The notes under the pieces are model-generated. The model was not told the DNA's origin and searched no databases. It worked only from the letters and a program-made list of their open reading frames with translations. From positions 1-34,625 of the forward strand of contig PUOQ01000064.1 of assembly GCA_003552785.1 (NCBI GenBank): 34,625 nucleotides of DNA, given 5' to 3'. The stretch comes from Dehalococcoidia bacterium (GTDB lineage Bacteria > Chloroflexota > Dehalococcoidia > Dehalococcoidales > CSSed11-197). Below, in pieces: positions 1 through 8,903 of the stretch (positions are counted from its first letter, which is position 1; every line of letters starts with the position of its first letter). Made by a program: the position numbers and the translations under genes.

Positions 1-1
1 A

Positions 2-166
2 GTGGTTTTCTCCTGGCCGGGAATGGGTACTCTTATTTATGATGCTATCGGCGCCCGGGACTATCCGCTGTTGCAATCCGCCTTTTTCATTATTGCAGTA
101 TGTGTGCTCGTTGCCAATTTTGTGGCCGATTTATTGTATAGCAAGCTGGACCCGAGGACCGGTTGA
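2..166 (+). CDS. oppB: ABC transporter permease, OppB/DppB family (3' fragment, truncated by window)
   Basis: Frame from base 2 reads VVFSWPGMGTLIYDAIGARDYPLLQSAFFIIAVCVLVANFVADLLYSKLDPRTG*, the typical OppB C-terminus (F.WPG.G, RDYP, D..Y..LDPR). TGA 164-166 overlaps the ATG of the next gene. Confidence 0.9.
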   Translation: MVFSWPGMGTLIYDAIGARDYPLLQSAFFIIAVCVLVANFVADLLYSKLDPRTG

Positions 167-1005
167 TGAATCTGTTGCGGGCTGTAAAATCTAACAGCTT
201 GATCGCTACCGGAGCAGTAACTCTGGCGGTTTTGTTGCTTGTGGCTCTATTTGCGCCTTTTCTTGCACCCCATGACCCATGGCATTATTATCAGGCATTT
301 CTCCCACCTTCAATTGACCATTTGCTGGGCACCAACGATGTCGGTCAGGATATTTTTTCAGAACTTGTTTTTGCCGGCAGGGTGTCACTCTCGGTTGGGT
401 TTCTTGCAGCGCTTATTGCCACGTTTATCGGAGTTTCGGCAGGCACACTGGCCGGTTTCAGGCGCGGCATACTGGATAATATATTGATGGGGATGACTGA
501 CGTAGCTCTGGTTGTTCCTGCCTTGCCACTTATTATTCTTATTTCAGTATACATTGGGCCGGGGTTTTTTAATATTGCTCTGGTTATTGGGCTAATTTTA
601 TGGCCGGTGATGGCACGGGTTGTCCGTTCCCGGGTTTTAAGTCTGCGAGAATCCGGTTACGTAGAGTCTGCCAGGGCACTGGGAGCTGGAAACTGGTGGA
701 TAATGACTCGCCACGTTTTACCCAATGCATTACCGATCATAGCTGCAAAATTTGTATTAACCCTGGCTTCAGCCATGCTAATCGAAGCCTCAATAAGCTT
801 TCTGGGCCTCGGTGACCCTTCTGCAAAAAGTTGGGGCAGCATGCTGCATTATGCTTTTTCAAGAGGGGGCTTTATACGCGAAATGTGGTGGTGGTACCTG
901 CCTCCAGGGTTGCTTATAGGACTTTCAATTTTTGGGTTAAATTTAATTAACCTTGGGTTTGAAGACAAAGGGGACCCGCGCTTAAAAAGGATGCTTGAGA
1001 GATGA
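166..1005 (+). CDS. oppC: ABC transporter permease, OppC/DppC family
   Basis: HLLGTNDVGQDIFS motif, EAA loop (YVESARALGA..WIMTRHVLPN), SFLGLG and SWGSML. Start taken at ATG 166, coupled to the upstream stop. Confidence 0.92.
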   Translation: MNLLRAVKSNSLIATGAVTLAVLLLVALFAPFLAPHDPWHYYQAFLPPSIDHLLGTNDVGQDIFSELVFAGRVSLSVGFLAALIATFIGVSAGTLAGFRRGILDNILMGMTDVALVVPALPLIILISVYIGPGFFNIALVIGLILWPVMARVVRSRVLSLRESGYVESARALGAGNWWIMTRHVLPNALPIIAAKFVLTLASAMLIEASISFLGLGDPSAKSWGSMLHYAFSRGGFIREMWWWYLPPGLLIGLSIFGLNLINLGFEDKGDPRLKRMLER

Positions 1006-2012
1006 AAAACCTGCTTTGCGTAACAGGTTTACATGTAAACTTTGAAACTTCAACGGGAGCTGTCCGTGCAAACAGGGGAGTAAACCTGACGGTGGAAAAA
1101 CAGGAACGGCTGGGAGTCATGGGAGAAAGTGGCTGCGGTAAAACAGTTCTTATGCTTTCCCTGATGCGCCTGCAGCAACCCGGCGTAATAGCTAAAGGTT
1201 CAATAATATTTAACGGCCGTGACATTACCGGGTTGAGTGAAAATCAGATGCGTCATATAAGGGGCAGAGGTATTGCTCTTATCCCTCAGAACCATTCAAC
1301 CGCTCTGAATCCTGTGTATACAGTTGGACAGCAGCTGGGGGAGACAATTGGGCGGAGGCATGGTAGAACCGGCTTGTGGCAGATTATTAGGACAAGGCAA
1401 CCCGGATACGGCTCTCCGGCTTACAATGAAATTAAAGACCTGTTTAATCGCATGAATTTCGGGGATGAAAGGTTTTTTAAGAGGCTGCTGGATAGTTATC
1501 CGCATGAGTTGTCCGGTGGTATGCGCCAGCGTGTCCTGATCGGCATGGCTCTGCTGCTTGAACCGCAACTGGTAATTGCCGATGAACCTACAACTGCTCT
1601 GGACAGGGCTACCCGGCTCGAGATACTTGAACTGCTTGGTATGCTTGCCGGTAAAACCACCCTGATAGTTGTGAGTCACGAGGTTGATGCTATTAAAAGT
1701 ATTTGTAACCGGGTAGCGGTTATGTATGGCGGGCGAGTGGTCGAATTCGGTAAAACTTCAGCGGTTCTTTCAAGCCCAAAGCATCCATATACCCGGCTGC
1801 TTCTCAAGAGTCAGCAGTTCAAGCGAGGCGGGTCCATAAGCATAACTGCCGGGGCGCTTGACATGGTTACTTTTCCTTCCGGTTGCCCCTTCTACCCACT
1901 TTGCCCTCAAGTAATGCCGGTTTGTTCTCAGGTCGAGCCGGCTGAGGTAGCAACCGGTGAAGGGGTCGTTGCCTGCCATCTTTACCATGGAGGCAAAGAA
2001 TGCTGGAAGTAA
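1002..2012 (+). CDS. oppD: Oligopeptide/dipeptide ABC transporter ATP-binding protein, OppD/DppD family
   Basis: Walker A GESGCGKT, signature LSGGMRQR, Walker B IADEPTTALD, HPYT, and a C-terminal Cys cluster (GCPF..CP...C..VACH). Confidence 0.92.
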   Translation: MKNLLCVTGLHVNFETSTGAVRANRGVNLTVEKQERLGVMGESGCGKTVLMLSLMRLQQPGVIAKGSIIFNGRDITGLSENQMRHIRGRGIALIPQNHSTALNPVYTVGQQLGETIGRRHGRTGLWQIIRTRQPGYGSPAYNEIKDLFNRMNFGDERFFKRLLDSYPHELSGGMRQRVLIGMALLLEPQLVIADEPTTALDRATRLEILELLGMLAGKTTLIVVSHEVDAIKSICNRVAVMYGGRVVEFGKTSAVLSSPKHPYTRLLLKSQQFKRGGSISITAGALDMVTFPSGCPFYPLCPQVMPVCSQVEPAEVATGEGVVACHLYHGGKECWK

Positions 2013-2962
2013 GAAACTTAAGCAAGAACTTCACATTGGGCCATAATCTATTGGCCCGTCTTGGTCATTCGGATCAAATTATTCAGGCAGTCCGCAATGT
2101 TTCGTTTGGTGTAAAAAGGGGCGAGATATTCGGTATTGCAGGTAAAAGCGGATCAGGTAAAACAACGCTGGGTAAAACAATATTGAGGCTGCTTGAGCCG
2201 GACGGCGGCAGCGTTTTGTATAAAGGCAGTGAAATATTTAAATTCAGCCCAGGGGATCTGAAGCAATATCGCCGCCAGGTGCAGGTGGTTTTTCAGGATG
2301 CAGATTCAACCCTGAACCCGCGCCAGAGTCTGTATTCGGCTCTGGAAGAACCGCTGCTGATTCACTGCGTGGGTGCCAAAAAACAAAGGCAGAAGGCCAT
2401 AAGCAAGGCGCTTGAGCAGGTTAATCTGCCTTATTCGCTTACAGGGCGCTATCCTTCGGAGCTTTCCGGCGGGCAGCGCCGCCGCGCGGCCCTGGCAAGG
2501 GCGCTGGTACTGGAGCCGGAATTAATCATTGCCGATGAGCCCAATACAGGCCTGGATCCGGTAGTTTCGGCTCAGGTGCTTGCCCTGTTACTTGAATTGA
2601 ACCGGCAACATAATCTGAGCCTCATATTAATCTCGCACGATTTAGCCGCAATTAATTACCTCAGCAACCGGGTTGCAGTTATGTATGGCGGGAAAATTGT
2701 GGAGATGATAGACGGGAGCATGTTTGAATTCTTTTCTCGTCATCCCTATACACGCTTTTTGCAGGGCTTTAATGGCGATGTAATTTTGCAAAACGGGGTT
2801 TGTGATGTTCATGCAAAAAGCAGGGTTTCAGATGAAGGTTGTGTTTATGTTGCCTGCTGCCCGGAAGCCCGGGATGAGTGTTTTAAAGCCAGCCCGGAAT
2901 TAACCCGGGTAGCTTTCGGGCACCTGGTTGCCTGTCACAGGGTTCACGGTCCGGGGAGGTAA
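2000..2962 (+). CDS. oppF: Oligopeptide/dipeptide ABC transporter ATP-binding protein, OppF/DppF family
   Basis: GKSGSGKT, QVVFQD, LSGGQRRR, IADEP, HPYT, and a C-terminal Cys cluster. Confidence 0.92.
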   Translation: MLEVRNLSKNFTLGHNLLARLGHSDQIIQAVRNVSFGVKRGEIFGIAGKSGSGKTTLGKTILRLLEPDGGSVLYKGSEIFKFSPGDLKQYRRQVQVVFQDADSTLNPRQSLYSALEEPLLIHCVGAKKQRQKAISKALEQVNLPYSLTGRYPSELSGGQRRRAALARALVLEPELIIADEPNTGLDPVVSAQVLALLLELNRQHNLSLILISHDLAAINYLSNRVAVMYGGKIVEMIDGSMFEFFSRHPYTRFLQGFNGDVILQNGVCDVHAKSRVSDEGCVYVACCPEARDECFKASPELTRVAFGHLVACHRVHGPGR

Positions 2963-3050
2963 AGATGCTTCATGTAACAATTAAATAATGGTTTTTCGCA
3001 GGGGTTATTTTTGATATGTAAACATAATTTATTGCCTGGCAAGAACACTA

Positions 3051-4394
3051 TTATTTTCTTTTGGTCCATTTCACATTATCATCAATCTGGCTAACATTGA
3101 AGCGCAGTAAATCCATAACTTCCTCCTGCCACTGTTTATTTGAAGAATATATTACCCGGCCTATAAACAGGTCTCGCAGGATCCTCAGGGATGGTATTTG
3201 CTGTAATGCTTCCCGGTATTTACGATAGCGTGGCTCCCGCAGCCTTTCCTCTGGAAGGTAGACAGGCTCGCGCCTGAAATTTATTGCCTGCATGCAGCGG
3301 TTTACATATTTTACAAAGGTTTCTACTGCGCTTTCCAGGTTTTGCGGGCACTGATAGAAAGCATAGTCGCTGCGGCTGACAATCCGAAAAAAATAGGTAG
3401 CTTTACTTCCACCCTTGCCGCTTACTGCTTCCATAGCTATGGCGTTGCCCGGCTCCGAGTGGTTGGTGGAATAAATGGGTATAAGCAGCCATATGTATTC
3501 CCCTCCCCCAATCTTACCCATCAGGCCCTTTTTTATGCCTGCATATATTTCGTTTTCTTGAGCTATAGATGTCAGGAAATTGTACTTTTCTTTTATGCCC
3601 GTTTGAGCCAGCTTTTTTTCAAGCTCCGACCAGAGGTTCGGAGATACGCCTTCGATTTCTGAGCGTTTTACAGCTTTACCCTCTTTCATTAAACGTGAAG
3701 CTTTACGTATAACCGTTGGGCTTATCCCTGGCAATAACTCGCCCAGGGTGCATTGTACTTTAAAATAAAGCTCTTCCATTGCCCTGGAAAGCTCTTGTAA
3801 AAGCAGGTCAAATTGCTGGCCCAACATGGAAAAAATATACTTTTCGCCCCAGTCGGTAAATATGCTTAATTTGCAACCCTTGCTTTTAAATTCAAAAATT
3901 TCACCATATGACAACCTGACGATTTCCCCTGTACCGGGCAGTATAACAACGGAGCTGTCATAAATTCTGATTTCGCTTTTTCCAATAATATGCTCTTTAC
4001 CTTCATCGTTTATAAACGTCACCTGCCCCGCAATGCCCGGCATTTTCAAGTTTTCGTTTACCAGTAAATCCTTTAAAAGCACTTCGTTGCGCAAACCTGA
4101 AAGTACTCTTAAAAAGTCATCATAGCGATACTCCAGGTTAAAAAGTGAAAGGGTTTCCCCGGAAGTGCAAGTCAGTTTCGCTTTGTAATCCTGCCTGTAA
4201 ACTTTGATAATATCACGGTACTGCAGGTGGAGGACCTCTTTACGGGCCTGGATTATAGAAATTCCCTCTTCCGTCAGCCGCGCAATAGCTTCTCCGCTTG
4301 TTATGTCTTCACCGTATATATCAGAAAGCAGGTAGCTAACCGGGCACTCGAATTTATTGTCGGCTTTTGTTTCTTTGTGGATTTTATCGTTCAT
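3051..4394 (-). CDS. Hypothetical soluble protein, possibly with tandem PH-like domains
   Basis: 447-aa ORF with no recognisable catalytic motif. Two similar beta-rich segments, each ending in a helix, lie in the N-terminal half. Confidence 0.75.
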   Translation of the reverse strand: MNDKIHKETKADNKFECPVSYLLSDIYGEDITSGEAIARLTEEGISIIQARKEVLHLQYRDIIKVYRQDYKAKLTCTSGETLSLFNLEYRYDDFLRVLSGLRNEVLLKDLLVNENLKMPGIAGQVTFINDEGKEHIIGKSEIRIYDSSVVILPGTGEIVRLSYGEIFEFKSKGCKLSIFTDWGEKYIFSMLGQQFDLLLQELSRAMEELYFKVQCTLGELLPGISPTVIRKASRLMKEGKAVKRSEIEGVSPNLWSELEKKLAQTGIKEKYNFLTSIAQENEIYAGIKKGLMGKIGGGEYIWLLIPIYSTNHSEPGNAIAMEAVSGKGGSKATYFFRIVSRSDYAFYQCPQNLESAVETFVKYVNRCMQAINFRREPVYLPEERLREPRYRKYREALQQIPSLRILRDLFIGRVIYSSNKQWQEEVMDLLRFNVSQIDDNVKWTKRK

Positions 4395-4686
4395 TATGGT
4401 GTGTTTGAACTAAATTCTGAGGTGTATTTTGGCATGGAAAGCAACGTTTTACAGGGTATTCTACAACCAGAGGCAAACCGTTGCAAGAAAGTGATGCTGG
4501 CTATAAAATACCAAAAAAAGAAAGTGTTTGTGCTGGAACCCGGTTAAAAACTTTCCTTAAAAGACTCTTTGTTGGATTATAAATGCAAATTCTTAAAACA
4601 AAATAATTAAATTTGTGCTTATGTTATATAATTAAGGTAAAGGATTGAGTCCTGGCAGGGAGATAATATTTGAGAGTATGGGTGGC

Positions 4687-4911
4687 ATGGAGAACCTTGG
4701 CAAAATTCTCATAATTACCGGGGCGGTGATTGCCGTAATGGGTTTGATATTTTTGTTCTGGAACAAGGTACCGTTTCTGGGAAAATTACCGGGCGACATC
4801 TTTTTTCATAGAGGAAGCTTCCAAATAATATTTCCTGTGGCTACCTTCCTTCTAATCAGCCTTGTTTTAACAGTCATAATTAACCTTGTCATATGGTTTT
4901 CCGGAAGGTAA
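4687..4911 (+). CDS. DUF2905-family small membrane protein
   Basis: MENLGKILIITG...LGKLPGDI...FPVATFLLIS matches the DUF2905 G.LPGD / FP..T pattern. Start uncertain (4678 or 4687). Confidence 0.8.
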   Translation: MENLGKILIITGAVIAVMGLIFLFWNKVPFLGKLPGDIFFHRGSFQIIFPVATFLLISLVLTVIINLVIWFSGR

Positions 4912-4979
4912 AACGAGATAAATCCGGAATCTAGATTTTGTTTTTCAACAATTTAGCAGCAGAGTTTAGTTTAATGCCC

Positions 4980-5017
4980 TTACATCCTTAACTTCACTTT
5001 ATATCCTTAATTTCACT
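4980..5017. repeat. 19-bp tandem duplication (2 copies, 2 mismatches)
   Basis: ttacatccttaacttcact (4980-4998) is followed directly by ttatatccttaatttcact (4999-5017). Confidence 0.7.
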
Positions 5018-5228
5018 GGCCGCCGGGAATATCAGGCCTGGTGCCCCGCTTAATCTGCAGGGCAGTTAAGTTTGGCGGTAAAAAGTTTTTGCCCAAATTA
5101 TAAGTTTTTAAAAGATAATTGCCAAAGCTTGTTTCAAGTGTGATACAATTACGAAAATTTTTAACTGCTCAGTCCGGGTTTTTGCCGGGCAGCTTTACTT
5201 TTCTAAGGCAGCGGTAAAAAAGGAGAAT

Positions 5229-6071
5229 GTGATGAAGGTTCAGGTTGTTACAGACAGCACCTCTGACATCCCGCAGGAAGTGGCAAAGCAGATGGGCATC
5301 ATAGTGGTGCCGGTCCATTTGAGGTTTGGCAACAAAGATTACCTTGACGGAGTGGATATTCAAACTAATGAGTTTTATTCAATGCTGGCCTCTTCTGCCG
5401 ACCATCCGGCGACTTCTCAGCCCAACCCGGAAGATTTCTCGTCTGTTTATCGTGAGTACTGCGGGGCAACCGGTGGCATTGTTTCCATTCATGTATCATC
5501 TAAAATCAGCGGCACCTTTAATTCAGCAGTGATGGCAAAAAATACACTAAAAAGCCAGTGTCCGATTGAAGTTGTAGACTCCAAATTCAATTCAGCCGGT
5601 CTTGGGCTGGTGGTTATGGCCGCAGCAAGGGCAGCCAGGGCTGGTGCGAGTGTTGAACAGGTGGCGAATGAAGCCAGGGAGGCCGTTGGTAAAGTAGGTA
5701 TGTTTGGCATGTTTGAAACCATGAAATACCTGGCGCGAAGCGGCAGGGTGAATAAAACCATAGCTACTGCCTCCCGAATACTTAATGTTATGCCCCTTCT
5801 TACATTTCATGATGGGGAAATTGTCCGTGGCGGATTGGTACGTACTGTCAACAAAGGCATGGACAGGATTTATGATTACGTTAGAAGAAATATTCCTATA
5901 AGTGAGCTTGTCATAGTCCATAGCAAAGTAGCCGACCGGGCGGTCCTGCTAAAAAAGCGGTTGAGTGAATTCATAGAAGAAGAAAAAATTTCTATAGATG
6001 AACTGGGTCCCAGTCTGGGAGTGCATGGCGGCCCCGGCGTATTACTGGCAGCTATAAGAAGGGCTGAATAA
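5229..6071 (+). CDS. DegV family fatty-acid-binding protein (FakB-like)
   Basis: VTDSTSD, TSQP, SSKISGT, VVDS, YLARSGR and HGGPG motifs. AGGAG RBS at 5221-5225. Confidence 0.93.
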   Translation: MMKVQVVTDSTSDIPQEVAKQMGIIVVPVHLRFGNKDYLDGVDIQTNEFYSMLASSADHPATSQPNPEDFSSVYREYCGATGGIVSIHVSSKISGTFNSAVMAKNTLKSQCPIEVVDSKFNSAGLGLVVMAAARAARAGASVEQVANEAREAVGKVGMFGMFETMKYLARSGRVNKTIATASRILNVMPLLTFHDGEIVRGGLVRTVNKGMDRIYDYVRRNIPISELVIVHSKVADRAVLLKKRLSEFIEEEKISIDELGPSLGVHGGPGVLLAAIRRAE

Positions 6072-6095
6072 ATAACAGTAATTAAGGTAGTAGCA

Positions 6096-6635
6096 ATGAT
6101 GGAAATAGAACAGTTAATTTTACTGGCAATTAATATTGTGGGCGGTATAGCGGTTATTAGTAGCTATGTTCTGTGCCTGAAATCTCAGGAGGGTGGAGCC
6201 GATGCACTGTGGGGCGGTGTGCCTCAAAAAATCCGCCCGGCCTATGGTATTTCAATGATTATTGCTGCACTGGGTTATTTTGCCTTTCTGTCTTATATTT
6301 TTTTCCAACTTGAACCTGCTACAGTAACCATAGCCGGTACATTCAGTTACAATATTTTTTATGCCGTTTTTGTTTTAATTCTTTTACCTTCCGCACTTTG
6401 GATGCCACTTACCAGCAAGTACGTAGACAGGCCAGCTGCGTTAAAATGGGTTGGTGTGCGCCTGGTTTTGTTTATTGTTGGCCTGGCCTCGATCGGGTTA
6501 GTCTGGACCTTGTTAAGCCTGGACGGCATTCAGAGAGATTTCTACCTGTGGCTTGCAGTTGCCGGCAGCGGCTATTTCGCATTCCACACCATGGTTCTTG
6601 ATGCCATAATCTGGGCCGCTCTATTTAAGAAATAA
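6096..6635 (+). CDS. Hypothetical integral membrane protein, about 5 TM (paralog A)
   Basis: Hydrophobic 179-aa ORF sharing GADALWGGVP, PSALWMPLT and YF.FHT.VLDA.IW with the ORF at 7634-8170. Confidence 0.85.
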   Translation: MMEIEQLILLAINIVGGIAVISSYVLCLKSQEGGADALWGGVPQKIRPAYGISMIIAALGYFAFLSYIFFQLEPATVTIAGTFSYNIFYAVFVLILLPSALWMPLTSKYVDRPAALKWVGVRLVLFIVGLASIGLVWTLLSLDGIQRDFYLWLAVAGSGYFAFHTMVLDAIIWAALFKK

Positions 6636-6661
6636 CCTTTATTCTCCGTAGTAGCATAGGG

Positions 6662-6700
6662 TTAAAAAGGGCAGACTGGTAGCGATCTACCAGTCTGCCC
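6662..6700 (-). terminator. Rho-independent terminator between convergent genes
   Basis: 14-bp perfect stem gggcagactggtag-cgat-ctaccagtctgccc (6669-6700). The T-run on the minus strand is the aaaaa at 6664-6668. Confidence 0.85.
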
Positions 6701-6719
6701 GATTACAGGGTAAGTGCCG

Positions 6720-7133
6720 TTATCCGTTTCCCTGATCGCTGATGAGTTCCTGCGCCAGCATATCCCACACACCGTCCATTACGGCACTTATTACTTGGCC
6801 CTGCTCTATTGTGACCATTGCTTCATGGGGCGTTATTACCTCCAGTAACATCTGTCCGGTCCTGTCGCCATAGCCGTATTGACGGCTTTCAAATTCAAAA
6901 ACAAAAGTCCAGGCATTTTCAATATCGGGGTAAAGTGTCTCCGTAAGCACCAGAGTCTCCTCCATGCCATCAAAAGCAAATGTTGGGCTTTGCCTGACAA
7001 ACTGCTCTGCTTTTTGCCTGGCCTTTCCTTCGGTGAGGGCGTCCTGTCCGCTGGCGACCTGGCTTGAGCAGGCTGTTGCCATCAGCGGGAGTATTACCAT
7101 AGACGAGATAAGTATGTATTTGAAACCTTTCAT
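6720..7133 (-). CDS. Putative lipoprotein of unknown function
   Basis: Basic N-terminus, hydrophobic stretch and lipobox-like MATA-C. GGAGG RBS upstream. Confidence 0.8.
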   Translation of the reverse strand: MKGFKYILISSMVILPLMATACSSQVASGQDALTEGKARQKAEQFVRQSPTFAFDGMEETLVLTETLYPDIENAWTFVFEFESRQYGYGDRTGQMLLEVITPHEAMVTIEQGQVISAVMDGVWDMLAQELISDQGNG

Positions 7134-7251
7134 TTATGTATCCCTCCGATTATTCACATTCAATAATATTAACGCTCAAAATCGTTAAGGGATAGCAGTT
7201 CCCGGTGTCAATCTAGAATGTTTTCTTTTTAAACATTAAATTTACGGCTGA

Positions 7252-7599
7252 CTAGACGCCTGCTTCTTTTTCAAGGTAGCTGGCACTGGCTCCGAAGTGG
7301 ACATTTCCATTTATTATTACCACCGGCCGGCGAACCAGGCGTGGCTCTTTAAGCATAAGCTCAATAAGTTCTTCATCGCTTAGCTTTTCTTTATCGAGGC
7401 CGAGCTTTTTATAGGCAGGGCTTTTAAAATTAAACATTTCTTCTGGTGAGTTGGTTTTCAGTATGGAAGTTATTTCATCCCGGGAGAACTTGTTCTTGAA
7501 AAAATCCCTTTCATCCAGATTGTAACCCTTTTGCAAAAGAAACTCTTTTGCTTTACGGCAGGTATTTCATTTTGTCCAGCAATAGAAATGGATTTTCAT
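7252..7599 (-). CDS. ArsC/Spx/MgsR-family thioredoxin-fold protein, probable selenoprotein (UxxC, Sec at codon 11)
   Basis: AAGGAG RBS and ATG at 7599 give MKIHFYCWTK-TGA-NTCRKAKEFLLQKG..., in frame with the 94-aa ORF. CRKAK and LMLKEPRLVRRP are ArsC/Spx-family motifs. The TGA (7569-7567) sits at the first Cys of CxxC. Confidence 0.85.
7529..7566 (-). promoter_or_regulatory. Candidate bacterial SECIS element
   Basis: Directly 3' of the UGA: stem GCAAAAGA-GUU-UCUUUUGC (7551-7533), with the apical G 24 nt after the UGA. Confidence 0.7.
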
Positions 7600-7633
7600 A
7601 ATTACTCCTTTTAATTAACAAATTATTTTGGCT

Positions 7634-8170
7634 TTATTGAAGAAACAACACCGGCCATATAACTGCGTCCAGCACCAGGGTATGAAAAGTAAAATAAGCA
7701 CTGCCTGCAATAGCAAGCCAGCGAGATAGGCCCGGGTAAACCGGGCGCAACTTAAGAATAGCCATTAGCAGGCAGAGAGAACCTATGCCAACCATTGCCA
7801 GCACCAGGACTACCCCTGCAAAGTAGAATGGTCCAGGGTTTGCCAGGTACAGATTGGTAAGCGGCATCCAGAGTGCAGAGGGAAGCAGTATTGCAATAAA
7901 AATCAGGTGAAAAACCCCGTAGCTGAATGCGTTTACAGCCCCGGTACCAGCCAGGTTTATTTTTACCAGTATATAATATAAAAATGCGAAATACCCGGCA
8001 GCAGCAATGAACATGGAAACAGTGTAGACAACCCTTATATTTTCAGGCACTCCTCCCCAAAGGGCATCAGCCCCGGCTGGCTGAGCATTAATACCAAAGA
8101 TGTAACTGCCGATAACTGAAACACCTCCTATAATGTTGATGCATAACAGGATAATTTTGCTTTTAACCAA
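7634..8170 (-). CDS. Hypothetical integral membrane protein, about 5 TM (paralog B)
   Basis: Paralog of 6096-6635. Start re-assigned to TTG at 8170, which has a GAGGGG RBS and gives 178 aa, matching the paralog length. Confidence 0.82.
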   Translation of the reverse strand: MVKSKIILLCINIIGGVSVIGSYIFGINAQPAGADALWGGVPENIRVVYTVSMFIAAAGYFAFLYYILVKINLAGTGAVNAFSYGVFHLIFIAILLPSALWMPLTNLYLANPGPFYFAGVVLVLAMVGIGSLCLLMAILKLRPVYPGLSRWLAIAGSAYFTFHTLVLDAVIWPVLFLQ

Positions 8171-8539
8171 AATAATTCCCCTCAAATTTTGTAGAATAAT
8201 ACCATTTTTCCAGTAAAAAGTTCGCATTATCACCAATCTTAACGGCTGATAGTCAGTAACTCACTACCGCTTAAGGATTCAAGCCATTTATGCACCTGTT
8301 CCCGATGGCCTGCATTGTAAAATACTACGGGTTGCATGGCCTGGCAAAAACTGTTTGAAATCTGTCTTTTAAGACCTGCTGGTTAATCTCAGGATCCCTA
8401 TATGTAAAGGCGCAGTGGTTGAAATTATAACTATACTTTAGCAATAGTTGCTAGCAGCCAATGTTTTTTGGTAGACTTCGAAAAATTTTAAGACCTGCAT
8501 TTTTTGATGTACTTTACTCCGGACAAGCAATAAGCGTAA

Positions 8540-8588
8540 AAACAGGTGGCCTTGGAGTCGATGCACTTTGGCCACCTGTTTATGTTAT
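8540..8588 (+). terminator. Terminator-like hairpin in the leader of the DUF485-actP operon (possible attenuator)
   Basis: aaacaggtggcc (8540-8551) pairs with ggccacctgttt (8570-8581), followed by T-rich atgttatt, about 30 nt before the ATG at 8610. Confidence 0.55.
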
Positions 8589-8609
8589 TAACCGAAAGGA
8601 AAGAACACT

Positions 8610-8903
8610 ATGGGACACGGACCTTCAACAGAGTGGAAGACTGAGAAATCAGGGGCTTTCAAGTCAAAGCTGGGGCTTATATTGTTTGCTGTTTTTACGC
8701 CGATATATCTGATTTTCGTCATCATGAGTGTTGTAAGCCCGACATTCATGGCATCTGATATAGGCCCGCTCAACCTGTCTATAGTATATGGCTTTGGCCT
8801 TATCATTCTGGCTGTAATTCTGGCAGTCATCTACAACCATATATGCTCCAACAAGGAAAAGGGTGATGACGCTTGCGAAGAAACCGAAGAGGGGGTTGAG
8901 TAA
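8610..8903 (+). CDS. DUF485 (YjcH-like) small membrane protein
   Basis: Two TM segments, MGHGP start and GPLNLSIVYGFGLI. Stop overlaps the actP start, the canonical yjcH-actP arrangement. Confidence 0.85.
   Translation: MGHGPSTEWKTEKSGAFKSKLGLILFAVFTPIYLIFVIMSVVSPTFMASDIGPLNLSIVYGFGLIILAVILAVIYNHICSNKEKGDDACEETEEGVE

Noticed and set aside
7252-7536. 94-aa ORF as given in the track
   Set aside because: It lacks the active site and an RBS. The upstream ATG 7599 with TGA readthrough explains the gene better.
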